Shown here piece after piece: positions 1 through 8,769 of a stretch of DNA of 64,000 bases (its first letter is position 1; every line of letters starts with the position of its first letter). The translations under genes were made by a program, and so were the position numbers. Below the pieces are notes generated by a model. It made no database searches, was not told where the DNA came from, and saw only the letters and a list, made by a program, of their open reading frames with translations. The stretch is from Candidatus Latescibacterota bacterium (lineage in GTDB: Bacteria; Latescibacterota; UBA2968), in NCBI GenBank assembly GCA_965207885.1, contig OZ242311.1:2656001-2720000 (forward strand), read 5' to 3'.

Positions 1-1
1 A

Positions 2-547
2 TTCCCCGATATTCTCGCGGAGTTGGGGGGCGGTCTGCTGGGGAACGGCATAACGGCCGGGGGGATCATGGCGATTCTCATGACCTTGTTTCTGGAAGTG
101 ACGTCGCCCCGCCGCAGCCGGATCGAAGTGGAGCTCGATCTGTCCGTGTTGCCGGAGATCAGGGCGTTCCTCAATGCGTTCGCATCCCGCAACGGCTGGG
201 GGGCGAAGATGGTCGATCGCCTCGACGCAGCCAGCGAGGAGACGTTGCTGACGCTGATCGGGCAGGACGAGGGCCGGGAGAAACGCGAGCAGCGGCGCCT
301 TCTCGTGAAGGCACACAAAGAGAGCGGCGATGCTGTCCTCGAGTTCATTGCCGCGGTGGGCGAGGAGAACGTTCAGGACCGGATCGGATTGCTGGCGGAC
401 CGGCCCGATGATGTGCTGATGGAGCGGGAAGTCTCGCTACGGCTGTTGCGGCACATCGCGTCCTCTGTTCGCCACCAGCAATTCCACGACACGGATATCG
501 TGACCGTCCAGGTAAAAGTTCCAGAGACGGGCGATGAGAACCGTTAA
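2..547 (+). CDS. C-terminal part of NCS2 (xanthine/uracil) permease-like protein with C-terminal HATPase/anti-sigma-like domain; 5' end outside window
   Basis: Frame is open from the window edge. Last TM segment LLGNGITAGGIMAILMTLF resembles the NCS2 C-terminus, followed by a soluble domain (…DRLDAASEETLLTL…SLRLLRHIASSVRHQQF) of RsbW-like type. Confidence 0.6.
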   Translation, partial: FPDILAELGGGLLGNGITAGGIMAILMTLFLEVTSPRRSRIEVELDLSVLPEIRAFLNAFASRNGWGAKMVDRLDAASEETLLTLIGQDEGREKREQRRLLVKAHKESGDAVLEFIAAVGEENVQDRIGLLADRPDDVLMEREVSLRLLRHIASSVRHQQFHDTDIVTVQVKVPETGDENR

Positions 548-562
548 ATAGGCAGGAAGCAT

Positions 563-1183
563 TTGAAACATGAAGAAGCGTTCGAGCGGGCCTGGACCGA
601 CCCAGGCAACACCCGAATCGAGCTGTCTCCGGTTGACATCAACCTGGTGCTCGCCCAGTATTACCGCACGAACGAACCGCTCAGGTTTACCCGGACCATG
701 TTGTGGGACATGGAGGTGAAAAAGGCGTTCCGTCCCGACCTCTATATTCCTTCTGTTGTAACGGCGGGCAGTTCTCACTATTGGCGCCAGCAAGCGGCGG
801 CCGACGGAGCCGAATCCTTTGTGCGATGCTCGCGGCAGCGCCTCTGGCTTAAGCCGTCAGAGCACGGGGTGGTCCTCGAACAGGTCCTCCTTAACCCTGC
901 GCGGCAGAGTGCCACTTTCATCGGGGCAGCGGAACTCCTCGACAAGGACGGGAACTTGCTTCGAGCAGGCGAAGGACAGCCTCTCTTTCACGTTGAGCAT
1001 TCTGTCGATGGTGACGAATTGAGACCTCTGAACCTGTGGCGCATCGTTTACCTCACGGAAAGACCCGAGCAGAAACTGATCGAGCGGTTCACGCTTGCGA
1101 AGGACATGTGGCTGCGTGAGTTCGTCGAAATCTACATCCGGCGGGACTTGAATATCGAGTTGACCCGGAGGAATGTCTTATGA
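563..1183 (+). CDS. Hypothetical protein, possibly SRPBCC/DUF1857 (AtaL-like) fold
   Basis: 206 aa ORF with AGGAAG RBS before a TTG start. FTRTMLWDMEVKKAFRPDLYIP resembles the DUF1857 N-terminal motif. Confidence 0.5.
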   Translation: MKHEEAFERAWTDPGNTRIELSPVDINLVLAQYYRTNEPLRFTRTMLWDMEVKKAFRPDLYIPSVVTAGSSHYWRQQAAADGAESFVRCSRQRLWLKPSEHGVVLEQVLLNPARQSATFIGAAELLDKDGNLLRAGEGQPLFHVEHSVDGDELRPLNLWRIVYLTERPEQKLIERFTLAKDMWLREFVEIYIRRDLNIELTRRNVL

Positions 1184-1223
1184 GAGGACCATCCACCGAG
1201 AAACCTGCAGGGGAGCCGCTCTG

Positions 1224-2138
1224 ATGAAGATCCAGGACATCCGGCACGTGGGGTTGCTGTCACCCGTGATCGCGACCCATGCCAGGTTCTACCTCGAGGT
1301 CTGGGGACTCCGATCGGCCGGAGAAGACCGGCACGCACGATATCTCCGCGGAGCGTTGACCGAGCACCACATTCTCAGCCTGCATCAAGCGGACCGGTGC
1401 GGGCTCCACCACTTAGCTTTCAGCGTTGACGGACGCGACGCAGTTGACGCGGCGGCAACCGAACTCGAGCGCCGGGGAATTACTCTGCTGGCGCCTCCGG
1501 ATGACCTGGACGAACCCGGCGGCGGATACGGGCTGCGGTTTCTCGACCCCGAAAACCGCTGCATCGAGCTATCGACTGGTGTGGCCGAACACCCGAACAG
1601 TTGGTCTGCCAGGAAAGTCGGCCCCCGCCAGCTATGCCACGTGGGTCTCAACACTCGGTGGTTCGAGCAAACCGTGGCGTTCTACACCGAAATTCTCGGG
1701 TTTCGGGTCTCGGACTGGATTGAGAACCAGATGGTCTTCCTGCGATGCGACTGGAGACATCACGTCATTGTCTTCAATCGCGCAGATTACGCATCGGTCA
1801 ACCATGTTGCGTACGTGATGGCTAATGTAGATGACGTGATGAAAGGGGTCTCCAACCTGCGTGCCCAGGGGCAGGAACCCGACTGGGGACCGGGACGCCA
1901 CGGCCCGGGCAACAACATCTTCTGCTACTACAAGGATCCGGCTGGATACGTGAACGAATTCTCCAGCGACATAGAGTACATCGAAGACGACGCAACGCAC
2001 AAACCCGCGGTGTGGAGACGGGTACCGGAAACTTCGGACCTCTGGGGTACGGCAGGGGCGCCCAGCCCCGACGTCCGCAAGGCAATGGCCGGCGACCCTG
2101 ATCCAGGCTGGGCTGTGAAGGACATCAACGCGGATTGA
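1224..2138 (+). CDS. VOC-family extradiol ring-cleavage dioxygenase (catechol 2,3-dioxygenase-like)
   Basis: Two glyoxalase modules; LCHVGL, RHHVI, NHVAY and GPGRHGPGNNIFCYYKDPAGYVNEF motifs; GGGAG RBS at 1211. Confidence 0.88.
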   Translation: MKIQDIRHVGLLSPVIATHARFYLEVWGLRSAGEDRHARYLRGALTEHHILSLHQADRCGLHHLAFSVDGRDAVDAAATELERRGITLLAPPDDLDEPGGGYGLRFLDPENRCIELSTGVAEHPNSWSARKVGPRQLCHVGLNTRWFEQTVAFYTEILGFRVSDWIENQMVFLRCDWRHHVIVFNRADYASVNHVAYVMANVDDVMKGVSNLRAQGQEPDWGPGRHGPGNNIFCYYKDPAGYVNEFSSDIEYIEDDATHKPAVWRRVPETSDLWGTAGAPSPDVRKAMAGDPDPGWAVKDINAD

Positions 2139-2159
2139 TAGGGAGGACGCCGCAGTGTT

Positions 2160-2196
2160 TAGGGGGAGGACACCGAATGCTGGTGTCCTCCCCCTA
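2160..2196. terminator. Perfect 15-bp hairpin between convergent genes, likely terminator
   Basis: TAGGGGGAGGACACC-gaatgct-GGTGTCCTCCCCCTA; U-tracts are weak. Confidence 0.65.
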
Positions 2197-2209
2197 TGTC
2201 TTGCGGATA

Positions 2210-4051
2210 TCATCGGTCAATCGGTTCGTCGCCGGAGACCAGATTCACGAGATCGCCCGGTCGAAGGGTCAGGTCTGGGGAGGTGTGGAGCGCATTCCCG
2301 ATCGGGTCAGGGGCTGCCCCGGTGTAGGGGAAACCGATGGGGGGCAGGTCGGGATGTTCTGCCCTGAACTGGACGGGATCCCCAGAGAGATCCTGCGAGA
2401 GCGACCAATGGGAAAGGGACTCCGCGAAGGCGGCGAAACTCCCATCCGGTTCCTGAACATCTACGAGGACGATACAGTCGAGGGGATAATCACCGCGCTG
2501 TAATGACTCTCCTCCGTAGAGTCGAAGGTGCAACCTCAATTCAGTGTCCTCGCCATAGGCCAGACGTGCGTGACCTTGCCGGGCTTCGCCATCCTCAGTC
2601 AGGAGCAGAGGTACGATCCCATAGTAAAGATCGCCATAGGAGACGGCGACCGACTGACCCGGCTGGAGTTGTATGTCTCTGCCACCCCAGTCCACGTTAC
2701 CGATTCGCACTTCCCGGATGGCGTCCCGCAGGCCGAACAATACGCGGGGTTCGCAGTAGAACGTCGGATCGTTCAGGAATCGCTCCTCCTCGTCTTCTGG
2801 TCTTTCGTAGTGGAGGCGACCTATGACGCGAGCGCCTTCCTGACGAGACGTGAATGTCGCGCACGGCATATGCAGAAAGGATTCATCCGGAATGAGGGGG
2901 ACGCTAGCGCGCTCCTCGGCCTTGTTGCGGACGAGCAGAATATAGGATGGGGGAGAGTGGCCGCCCACGGTTTGCAGACACTGGGAGGCCAGGCTCCAGT
3001 CGGGAGTCAGGAAGTGCGTTCGTCGCGAGCCGAGCGAGATACTGCGATCGTAGATTTCGCTGGTGCCTGATTTTTCCCGAGCGAGGGTGCGGACGGCATC
3101 GGGAGGCACGTAATCGAACACCGTGTGTCTGATAAAGATCTCATTATTCAAAGCCCCCACGTAGATGTTGTCCGCGTCGGGAGGACACGGGGTGCCGAAT
3201 TTGATGTGGCCATAAAACGCCGAGGACGTGCTCGCGCCGTGCAGCGCGTCATTTTGATACGCCCGGGAAGGTGCCCCCGCCAGGAATCCGTTGGGCAGCA
3301 TATTGAGCGCAAGCTGGTAGGTGATGAGATCCATCGTCCGTTTCAACTGATCGCGGAACTGGCTGTCTCGCGCGTAGTTCCATGCCGCTTCCATGCCGTG
3401 GAGGGTGACCGGGGTGTACCCCGGGCTGTTGAATTCGTGGAACCCGTCCGCCGAAGTGCCTCTGACCCAGATGTCGAAGGCTTCGGCTGCCTCGGCTTCG
3501 ATTGAGGCATCGTCGAGGGCGTGCGAGAGGGCGACCCGGCCACCAATATTCAAGGCGTAGATGTTGGAGTACTGCCACCTGGCGGTGTGGTTGCGGATGC
3601 CTTCCACGACATTCGGAAACGCGGCCTCCATTGCGTTCTTCGTCTCGGGTGTCAGCTTGTCCTGAAAGTCGAGATAGGCGTAAACGAGCGGAATGGTAAT
3701 GAAAGAGACTGCGTTTCGGTCCTTGACGCGGTCCCAGTGCGTCATCCAGAAGAAATTGCCGAAGGTTTCGGAGCCCGGTTCGAGATCCTGGCCCTCGAGC
3801 ACGCTGTGGATGATGCGATTGGCCTCACCGGCGTCATCCGTGCCGTATGTCCGGTCGTCCGATAAAAGAAGCAGAACGGCGTACCAAATCGAAGCCGTAC
3901 GCGTGTGTCCTGTGAAGCGGGGAAAGAACGGATCGAAGTTCCGAAGAAGGGCGACGTCCGGATCGTAGTTCCGGTCGTCATTCTTGCGGAACCGGTCGCG
4001 CAGGAAAGCAACACGGGCGCGTTGTTCGCGAAGGATGGGGTCGATGTTCAT
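2210..4051 (-). CDS. Uncharacterised ~613 aa protein, putative alpha/alpha-toroid plus beta-sandwich (heparinase II/III-like); paralog of 60252-62105
   Basis: Long ORF with AAGGAG RBS before ATG 4051. Motifs ETFGNFFWMTHWDRVKD and GFHEFNSPxYTPVTL are shared with the paralog. The fold call is inference. Confidence 0.7.
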   Translation of the reverse strand: MNIDPILREQRARVAFLRDRFRKNDDRNYDPDVALLRNFDPFFPRFTGHTRTASIWYAVLLLLSDDRTYGTDDAGEANRIIHSVLEGQDLEPGSETFGNFFWMTHWDRVKDRNAVSFITIPLVYAYLDFQDKLTPETKNAMEAAFPNVVEGIRNHTARWQYSNIYALNIGGRVALSHALDDASIEAEAAEAFDIWVRGTSADGFHEFNSPGYTPVTLHGMEAAWNYARDSQFRDQLKRTMDLITYQLALNMLPNGFLAGAPSRAYQNDALHGASTSSAFYGHIKFGTPCPPDADNIYVGALNNEIFIRHTVFDYVPPDAVRTLAREKSGTSEIYDRSISLGSRRTHFLTPDWSLASQCLQTVGGHSPPSYILLVRNKAEERASVPLIPDESFLHMPCATFTSRQEGARVIGRLHYERPEDEEERFLNDPTFYCEPRVLFGLRDAIREVRIGNVDWGGRDIQLQPGQSVAVSYGDLYYGIVPLLLTEDGEARQGHARLAYGEDTELRLHLRLYGGESLQRGDYPLDCIVLVDVQEPDGSFAAFAESLSHWSLSQDLSGDPVQFRAEHPDLPPIGFPYTGAAPDPIGNALHTSPDLTLRPGDLVNLVSGDEPIDR

Positions 4052-4123
4052 CGGAGACTCCTTTAACATTAACCGGTTGAGTAGTATATCCTGTTTCGTT
4101 CATTCCACAAATAGAAGAATACC

Positions 4124-5230
4124 ATGTATCAACGCATTACGACTTTTGCCATCATCGCCCTGATGTTGATCGCATTGTTCATCACAGGTAGGACTGTACC
4201 TTCAACTGCTGCAGCATGTCCTGGGGATTTTGACGGCAATAAGCGCGTTAATATAGCCGATTTTCTGGCCTTTGTAGAGGTCTTTGGTACCAGTTCTGCA
4301 GAGGCGAATTACAATGCACAGATGGATTTTGACAGTGATGGGCGCGTTGATATAGCCGATTTTCTGGCTTTTGTAGAGGTTTTTGGTACAGAGTGCGGTG
4401 ATGGTGGTGATACAAATGCAACTGGTTTGTTTACACAAACACTTTTCCATAATGGTATAACAAGAGAATATATTATATATGTGCCTGAGGCTTATGATGG
4501 AACTTCAAGAGTTCCACTTATGCTTAATTTTCACGGATATGGTGGGTTTGCAAACCAGTATTTAAAATATGCAGATATGCGGCCTTTGGCAGATATAGAA
4601 AATTTTATTCTGGTTTATCCTCAAGGGACCTTGCTGAATGGATATCCACACTGGAATTCTGGTTTAGAATCAGATAATAATAAAAGTGATGCGGATGACT
4701 TTGGCTTTGTGGAAGCGTTAATTGATGAAATTTGTTCCAGGTATAATATTGATTCGGCAAGAGTATATTCCTGTGGTTACTCAAATGGTGCTTTTTTTAC
4801 TTATGCACTTGCTTGCTATCACAGTGACAAAATAGCGGCCATAGGTTCTGTTGCTGGAACAATGATGGAGGAAACATATAACAACTGCAGGCCAGTACAT
4901 CCTATGGCTATGATAAATATTCACGGTACATCGGACTATGTTGTCCCTTATGGTGGGGGAAGTACAGGGTTATTATCAATTGATGAAGTGCTTGCTTATT
5001 GGATAGGGTTTAATAATACCAGTACTACTCCGATCGTAAATCGTATGAATGATCGTGGCGTAACAATAGAACATTATTCCTATACAGATGGCGACAACAA
5101 TACTTCTGTAGAGCATTACAAGGTTATTGACGGAGGGCATGTCTGGTTTGATATTGGCTACGATGGCTCTAATACCAGTCGTTTAATCTGGAATTTTGTG
5201 TCGAGATATGATATTAATGGAACGAACTGA
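4124..5230 (+). CDS. Secreted LpqC/PHB-depolymerase-family esterase with N-terminal dockerin/EF-hand-like duplicated domain
   Basis: Signal peptide; two DFDxxxRVxIADFLAFVEVFGT repeats; LNFHGYGG, GYSNG nucleophile, IHGTSD and GGHVW motifs. Confidence 0.85.
   Translation: MYQRITTFAIIALMLIALFITGRTVPSTAAACPGDFDGNKRVNIADFLAFVEVFGTSSAEANYNAQMDFDSDGRVDIADFLAFVEVFGTECGDGGDTNATGLFTQTLFHNGITREYIIYVPEAYDGTSRVPLMLNFHGYGGFANQYLKYADMRPLADIENFILVYPQGTLLNGYPHWNSGLESDNNKSDADDFGFVEALIDEICSRYNIDSARVYSCGYSNGAFFTYALACYHSDKIAAIGSVAGTMMEETYNNCRPVHPMAMINIHGTSDYVVPYGGGSTGLLSIDEVLAYWIGFNNTSTTPIVNRMNDRGVTIEHYSYTDGDNNTSVEHYKVIDGGHVWFDIGYDGSNTSRLIWNFVSRYDINGTN
4225..4389 (+). repeat. Two ~66-bp direct repeats (period 99 bp) encoding the dockerin-like Ca-binding loops
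   Basis: 4225-4290 and 4324-4389 share ggattttgac…gcgcgtt.atatagccgattttctggc.tttgtagaggt.tttggtac. Confidence 0.9.
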
Positions 5231-5309
5231 ATGCCCGAGAACAGCGGGAAATAACAGACCTTTTAACCAATCAGCCAGCAATCGCTGGCTCATAACTTGA
5301 GGACACATT

Positions 5310-6143
5310 ATGCAAGTAGGAATTATGTCAGGTCAAATTGCTCGGCCGACCCTGGAGGAGACACTCGACGCCATACTTGAGCACGACATCAGGCATCTTC
5401 AATTCAATTTGGGATCCCTGAATGTGGAGGGTTCGCTATCCGATAAACTCGCAAAGGCACCTGTGGTTCGGGCGGAGATCGAAAAGCGCGGCATGGTCAT
5501 CGCTGCCCTGGCTGGCACGGTCAATATGGTTCATCCCAATGAAGAAAAACGTCAGGAAGCTATCGAGCATCTCAAGTTGCTTATCCCGGCGTGTGACCCG
5601 ATGGGTACCTCGGTGATTGCCACCTGTACCGGATCGCGCGATTCGGAGAGCATGTGGCACTGGCACCCGGATAACGAAACAGAAGAAGCCTGGCAGGTGC
5701 TACGCAATACCCTGGAACAGGTACTGCCGGTTGCCGAAGCGGCTGGCGTGATCCTTGCGTTTGAACCAGAGATAAACAACGTTGCCAGCACAGTGCATAA
5801 GAGTCGGCAACTGATTGATGAAATGGGTTCACCAAACCTGAAAGTCGTGATGGATGCCGCCAACATTTTTGGCAAAGATGACCTGTCTCGCATGAGAGAG
5901 GTATTAGACGAGGCTTTCGAACTTTTGGGCGACTACATTGCCATGGCCCATGGCAAAGATCTGGATCGCGGTGGCGATGCAGGACATCTTGCCGCAGGCA
6001 CTGGCAAGCTCGATTACGCCCATTATGTATCGTTACTCTGTGGACTTCCCTTCGACGTGTCGGTCATTCTGCACGGTCTTGCCGAAGATCAGGTGGATGC
6101 CAGTGTTGCGATGCTCCGAGGTCACGCTGCAGCATACCAGTAG
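5310..6143 (+). CDS. Sugar phosphate isomerase/epimerase (xylose isomerase-like TIM barrel)
   Basis: LAFEPE, VVMDAAN, AHGKD and AGTGKLDY motifs. Confidence 0.88.
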   Translation: MQVGIMSGQIARPTLEETLDAILEHDIRHLQFNLGSLNVEGSLSDKLAKAPVVRAEIEKRGMVIAALAGTVNMVHPNEEKRQEAIEHLKLLIPACDPMGTSVIATCTGSRDSESMWHWHPDNETEEAWQVLRNTLEQVLPVAEAAGVILAFEPEINNVASTVHKSRQLIDEMGSPNLKVVMDAANIFGKDDLSRMREVLDEAFELLGDYIAMAHGKDLDRGGDAGHLAAGTGKLDYAHYVSLLCGLPFDVSVILHGLAEDQVDASVAMLRGHAAAYQ

Positions 6144-6155
6144 GGGATTGACGAT

Positions 6156-7394
6156 ATGAAAGCTAAAGTCGCCATTCTGGGTTGTGGAAGGGCGTCGCAA
6201 AAATGGCACCTGCCGACAATGCACACGCTCGCCAAACACGGCGAACTCGATTTTGTCGCGCTCTGCGATATGGATAAGTCGTTAGCGAAACAGACCGGAG
6301 AATCCTATGGTGTTCCGTGGTACACCAGTGTCGAGCAGATGCTGGAAAAACACCCGGACATCATGGCCGTAGATGTCATCACCAGCGATCCCTTCCATCA
6401 TGTGCTCGGCAGGCTGATTGCAGAGCACGGCAAACACGTCATGGTGGAAAAGCCGATGGCGCTGACCTTGCCCTGTTGCGACATCATCATCGATGCCTGT
6501 CGTCGTAATGGTGTGCATTTCGAAGTGGCAGAAAATTACTTTCGCATGCCGAAGCAGCGGATGATCATTAAGCTCATTGAAGAGGGGATTTTGGGCGATA
6601 TTGTTCGCGTGTATTTCGTTGAGCCAAAGCGGCAGGATCCATTTGAGCCGACCGTTACTCACAGCGGTTTGAGCCGACCCATCTCTGGCTTTGGGCGCAC
6701 TTCTGGCATGTGCATGGATATGGGGGCACATCGATTGTCACAGTTGCGGTTGTACGCGCAAAGCGAGCCTCAGCAGATTACCGCAACGGTGAGAAAGTAC
6801 CGGTCGGATCCCAGGAGCATCCATGAAGACTGGGCGCATGCTATGATTGATTTTGAAAGCGGCGCAGTGGGTATTTATGAGACATCGCGCCTTGGTGAGG
6901 CACAGAAATACTGCCAGATTATCGGTACCCTTGGCGGTATTCTCGATACCGACTATTTCGGCCCGGAGATCCCCCTGCGTTTGCGCATCGGCGAGGAGAT
7001 GCAGGATATTCCTGTCGAGACAGTACGTCGCAAAATCGACGGGGTGGATGTATTGCAGCGGATCGTCGTGCATACGGAACCTGAGATCGTCTATGAGAAT
7101 CCGTTTCGCGACTACGCCATCGACGACTGGTGCGTGGGTCACGCTTCCGAGATTATGAGCATCGCGAATGCAGCGCTCAACGACGAGTCTCCCGAATACG
7201 GTCTCGGCGGTCGCAAGGATGTGGAGATGGCCATGGCGATTTACGAATCGTCGCTCAATGGCATGACACCCATTAAGTTGCCCCTTGAGGACGTGACCGC
7301 TTACGAGCAGATGGTGCACGAAGATTATCTCGAAAAGTTTGGCCGTCCTATTTTATCAGAAATGCGCGTAAAACCCACTCGCAGAGAGCTTTAG
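6156..7394 (+). CDS. Gfo/Idh/MocA oxidoreductase; last 12 codons supplied by the IS left end
   Basis: AILGCG Rossmann motif, HVMVEKPMA, VAENY, DMGAH. Confidence 0.9.
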   Translation: MKAKVAILGCGRASQKWHLPTMHTLAKHGELDFVALCDMDKSLAKQTGESYGVPWYTSVEQMLEKHPDIMAVDVITSDPFHHVLGRLIAEHGKHVMVEKPMALTLPCCDIIIDACRRNGVHFEVAENYFRMPKQRMIIKLIEEGILGDIVRVYFVEPKRQDPFEPTVTHSGLSRPISGFGRTSGMCMDMGAHRLSQLRLYAQSEPQQITATVRKYRSDPRSIHEDWAHAMIDFESGAVGIYETSRLGEAQKYCQIIGTLGGILDTDYFGPEIPLRLRIGEEMQDIPVETVRRKIDGVDVLQRIVVHTEPEIVYENPFRDYAIDDWCVGHASEIMSIANAALNDESPEYGLGGRKDVEMAMAIYESSLNGMTPIKLPLEDVTAYEQMVHEDYLEKFGRPILSEMRVKPTRREL

Positions 7395-7534
7395 CGTTGG
7401 GTCGCATGGCGAAGCGCATAGAATTTATGGGGCGGCTTTAGCCTATGGGATAGTCCTCAAGGGACTATCGGCGGCTGTGGAGCGGTGTACAAGTGCGCCA
7501 GCACTTCATCAACAAAACTCATTCCATATTACAC

Positions 7535-7563
7535 TTGACAAAAAATTCATAAGTGTATATTTT
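7535..7563 (+). promoter_or_regulatory. Sigma70-like promoter for tnpB, overlapped by an inverted repeat
   Basis: TTGACA (7535-7540), 17 nt, TATTTT (7558-7563). TACACTT…AAGTGTA inverted repeat at 7530-7557. Confidence 0.55.
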
Positions 7564-7567
7564 TATT

Positions 7568-8692
7568 ATGGTTAAGTCGTTCAAATACAGATTGCGTCCG
7601 ACCAAAAAGCAAGAACAAATCTTGCTGGCGCATATTGACGAATGCCGTATTCTCTATAATCAATTACTCTGTGCGAGAATACAAGCATGGAAAAATGAGA
7701 ATAAGTCTCTCTCTCAATATGACCAGACCAAAACAATACCATTGTTAAAACAGCAACACGCCGCTTTCAAGCAAGTATATAGTCAAGTGTTGCAACAAGT
7801 ATCACAGAGAGTAGATTTGGCATTCAAAGGTTTCTTTCGGCGTCTCAAAGAGAAGTCAAAGACTGGCGAGAAAGCTGGCTTTCCCAGATACAAGGGTCAG
7901 AATCGCTATGATTCTATCACCTATCCTCAGTTTGCCAATGGATGTCGATTGGACAACAAGGGCTTGCGATTGGGTAGTATTGGTTGCATTCGCATTGTCC
8001 AGCACAGGTCACTCTTAGGTATCCCTAAGTCTTGCACAATCACACGCACAGCAACAGGCAAATGGTTTGTATCTATCTCTTGCGATATTGGCGAAAAAGA
8101 TAAGAAACCAAACACTAACTCTGCTGTTGGCATTGACGTGGGTCTCAATTCCTTTGCTGTGACCAGTGACGGACAGAAAATAGAGAATCAGAGATTCTTT
8201 CGCAAAGAAGAGAAATCTCTTGCCAAAGCACAGCGCAAATGGGACGCAGTGAAAAAAAGCTCCAAGACCGACCCCACAAGAGAAAAGCGTCGTAAAGTCA
8301 TTGCCAAAGTGCATGAGCGTATCCGTAATAAGCGACATAACTTTGCTCATCAAGCATCAAGAAAAATGGTCAATCGTCACGGATTCATAGCCGTAGAGAA
8401 ACTGGACGTTAAAGAGATGCAAAAGAACAGACGATTGGCTAAATCAATAGCAGACGTCGCATGGTCACTGTTTCGGCACTGTCTCGAATACAAAGCGGAA
8501 GAAGCTGGTATTGGATTCAAAGCCGTTGATCCTGAATACACGTCACAAGATTGCTCGGCATGCGGACATAGAGAGAAAAAGACACTCTCAGATCGTGTGC
8601 ATCATTGCAAGGCGTGTGGCTATAAGACGGACAGAGACCACAATGCTGCGATAAACATATTGACGTTGGGGCTACAACGTCAGGCGGATTGA
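7568..8692 (+). CDS. tnpB: RNA-guided endonuclease TnpB
   Basis: N-terminal KSFKYRLRPT HTH; RuvC-I VGIDVG, RuvC-II IAVEKL, zinc finger CSACG…CKACG, RuvC-III DRDHNAAINI. D-E-D triad is intact. Confidence 0.96.
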   Translation: MVKSFKYRLRPTKKQEQILLAHIDECRILYNQLLCARIQAWKNENKSLSQYDQTKTIPLLKQQHAAFKQVYSQVLQQVSQRVDLAFKGFFRRLKEKSKTGEKAGFPRYKGQNRYDSITYPQFANGCRLDNKGLRLGSIGCIRIVQHRSLLGIPKSCTITRTATGKWFVSISCDIGEKDKKPNTNSAVGIDVGLNSFAVTSDGQKIENQRFFRKEEKSLAKAQRKWDAVKKSSKTDPTREKRRKVIAKVHERIRNKRHNFAHQASRKMVNRHGFIAVEKLDVKEMQKNRRLAKSIADVAWSLFRHCLEYKAEEAGIGFKAVDPEYTSQDCSACGHREKKTLSDRVHHCKACGYKTDRDHNAAINILTLGLQRQAD

Positions 8693-8753
8693 CCGTCAAG
8701 AAGCCCAACTGCTCTATCGTTGGGAGTAGTCACGAGACAACCTTTAGAAAACA
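8600..8753 (+). ncRNA. Predicted TnpB omega/reRNA (scaffold to 8733, guide ~8734-8753); 5' boundary uncertain
   Basis: Inferred from established TnpB biology. Right-end hairpin CCCAAC-tgctctatc-GTTGGG at 8704-8724, followed by TCAC. Confidence 0.55.
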
Positions 8754-8769
8754 GGAAAGGGAAACAAAC

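Larger units (their letters stand above)
7357..8733 (+). mobile_element. Non-autonomous IS200/IS605-family element (tnpB only, IS1341-like)
   Basis: Left end atgcgcgtaaaacccac…ctttagcgttggg…aagcgcat follows TTTAT. Right end aagcccaac…gttgggagtagTCAC. Excision rebuilds the upstream stop codon. No tnpA present. Confidence 0.85.

Noticed and set aside
7357-8733. TnpB as Cas12f/Cas12k, IStron or nuclease-dead TldR
   Set aside because: No CRISPR array or cas genes; the left arm is only ~210 nt with no recognisable group I intron core; the RuvC D-E-D residues are intact.
8689-8769. N-terminal extension of the fucosidase ORF
   Set aside because: It runs through the IS right end. The RBS supports ATG 8770.
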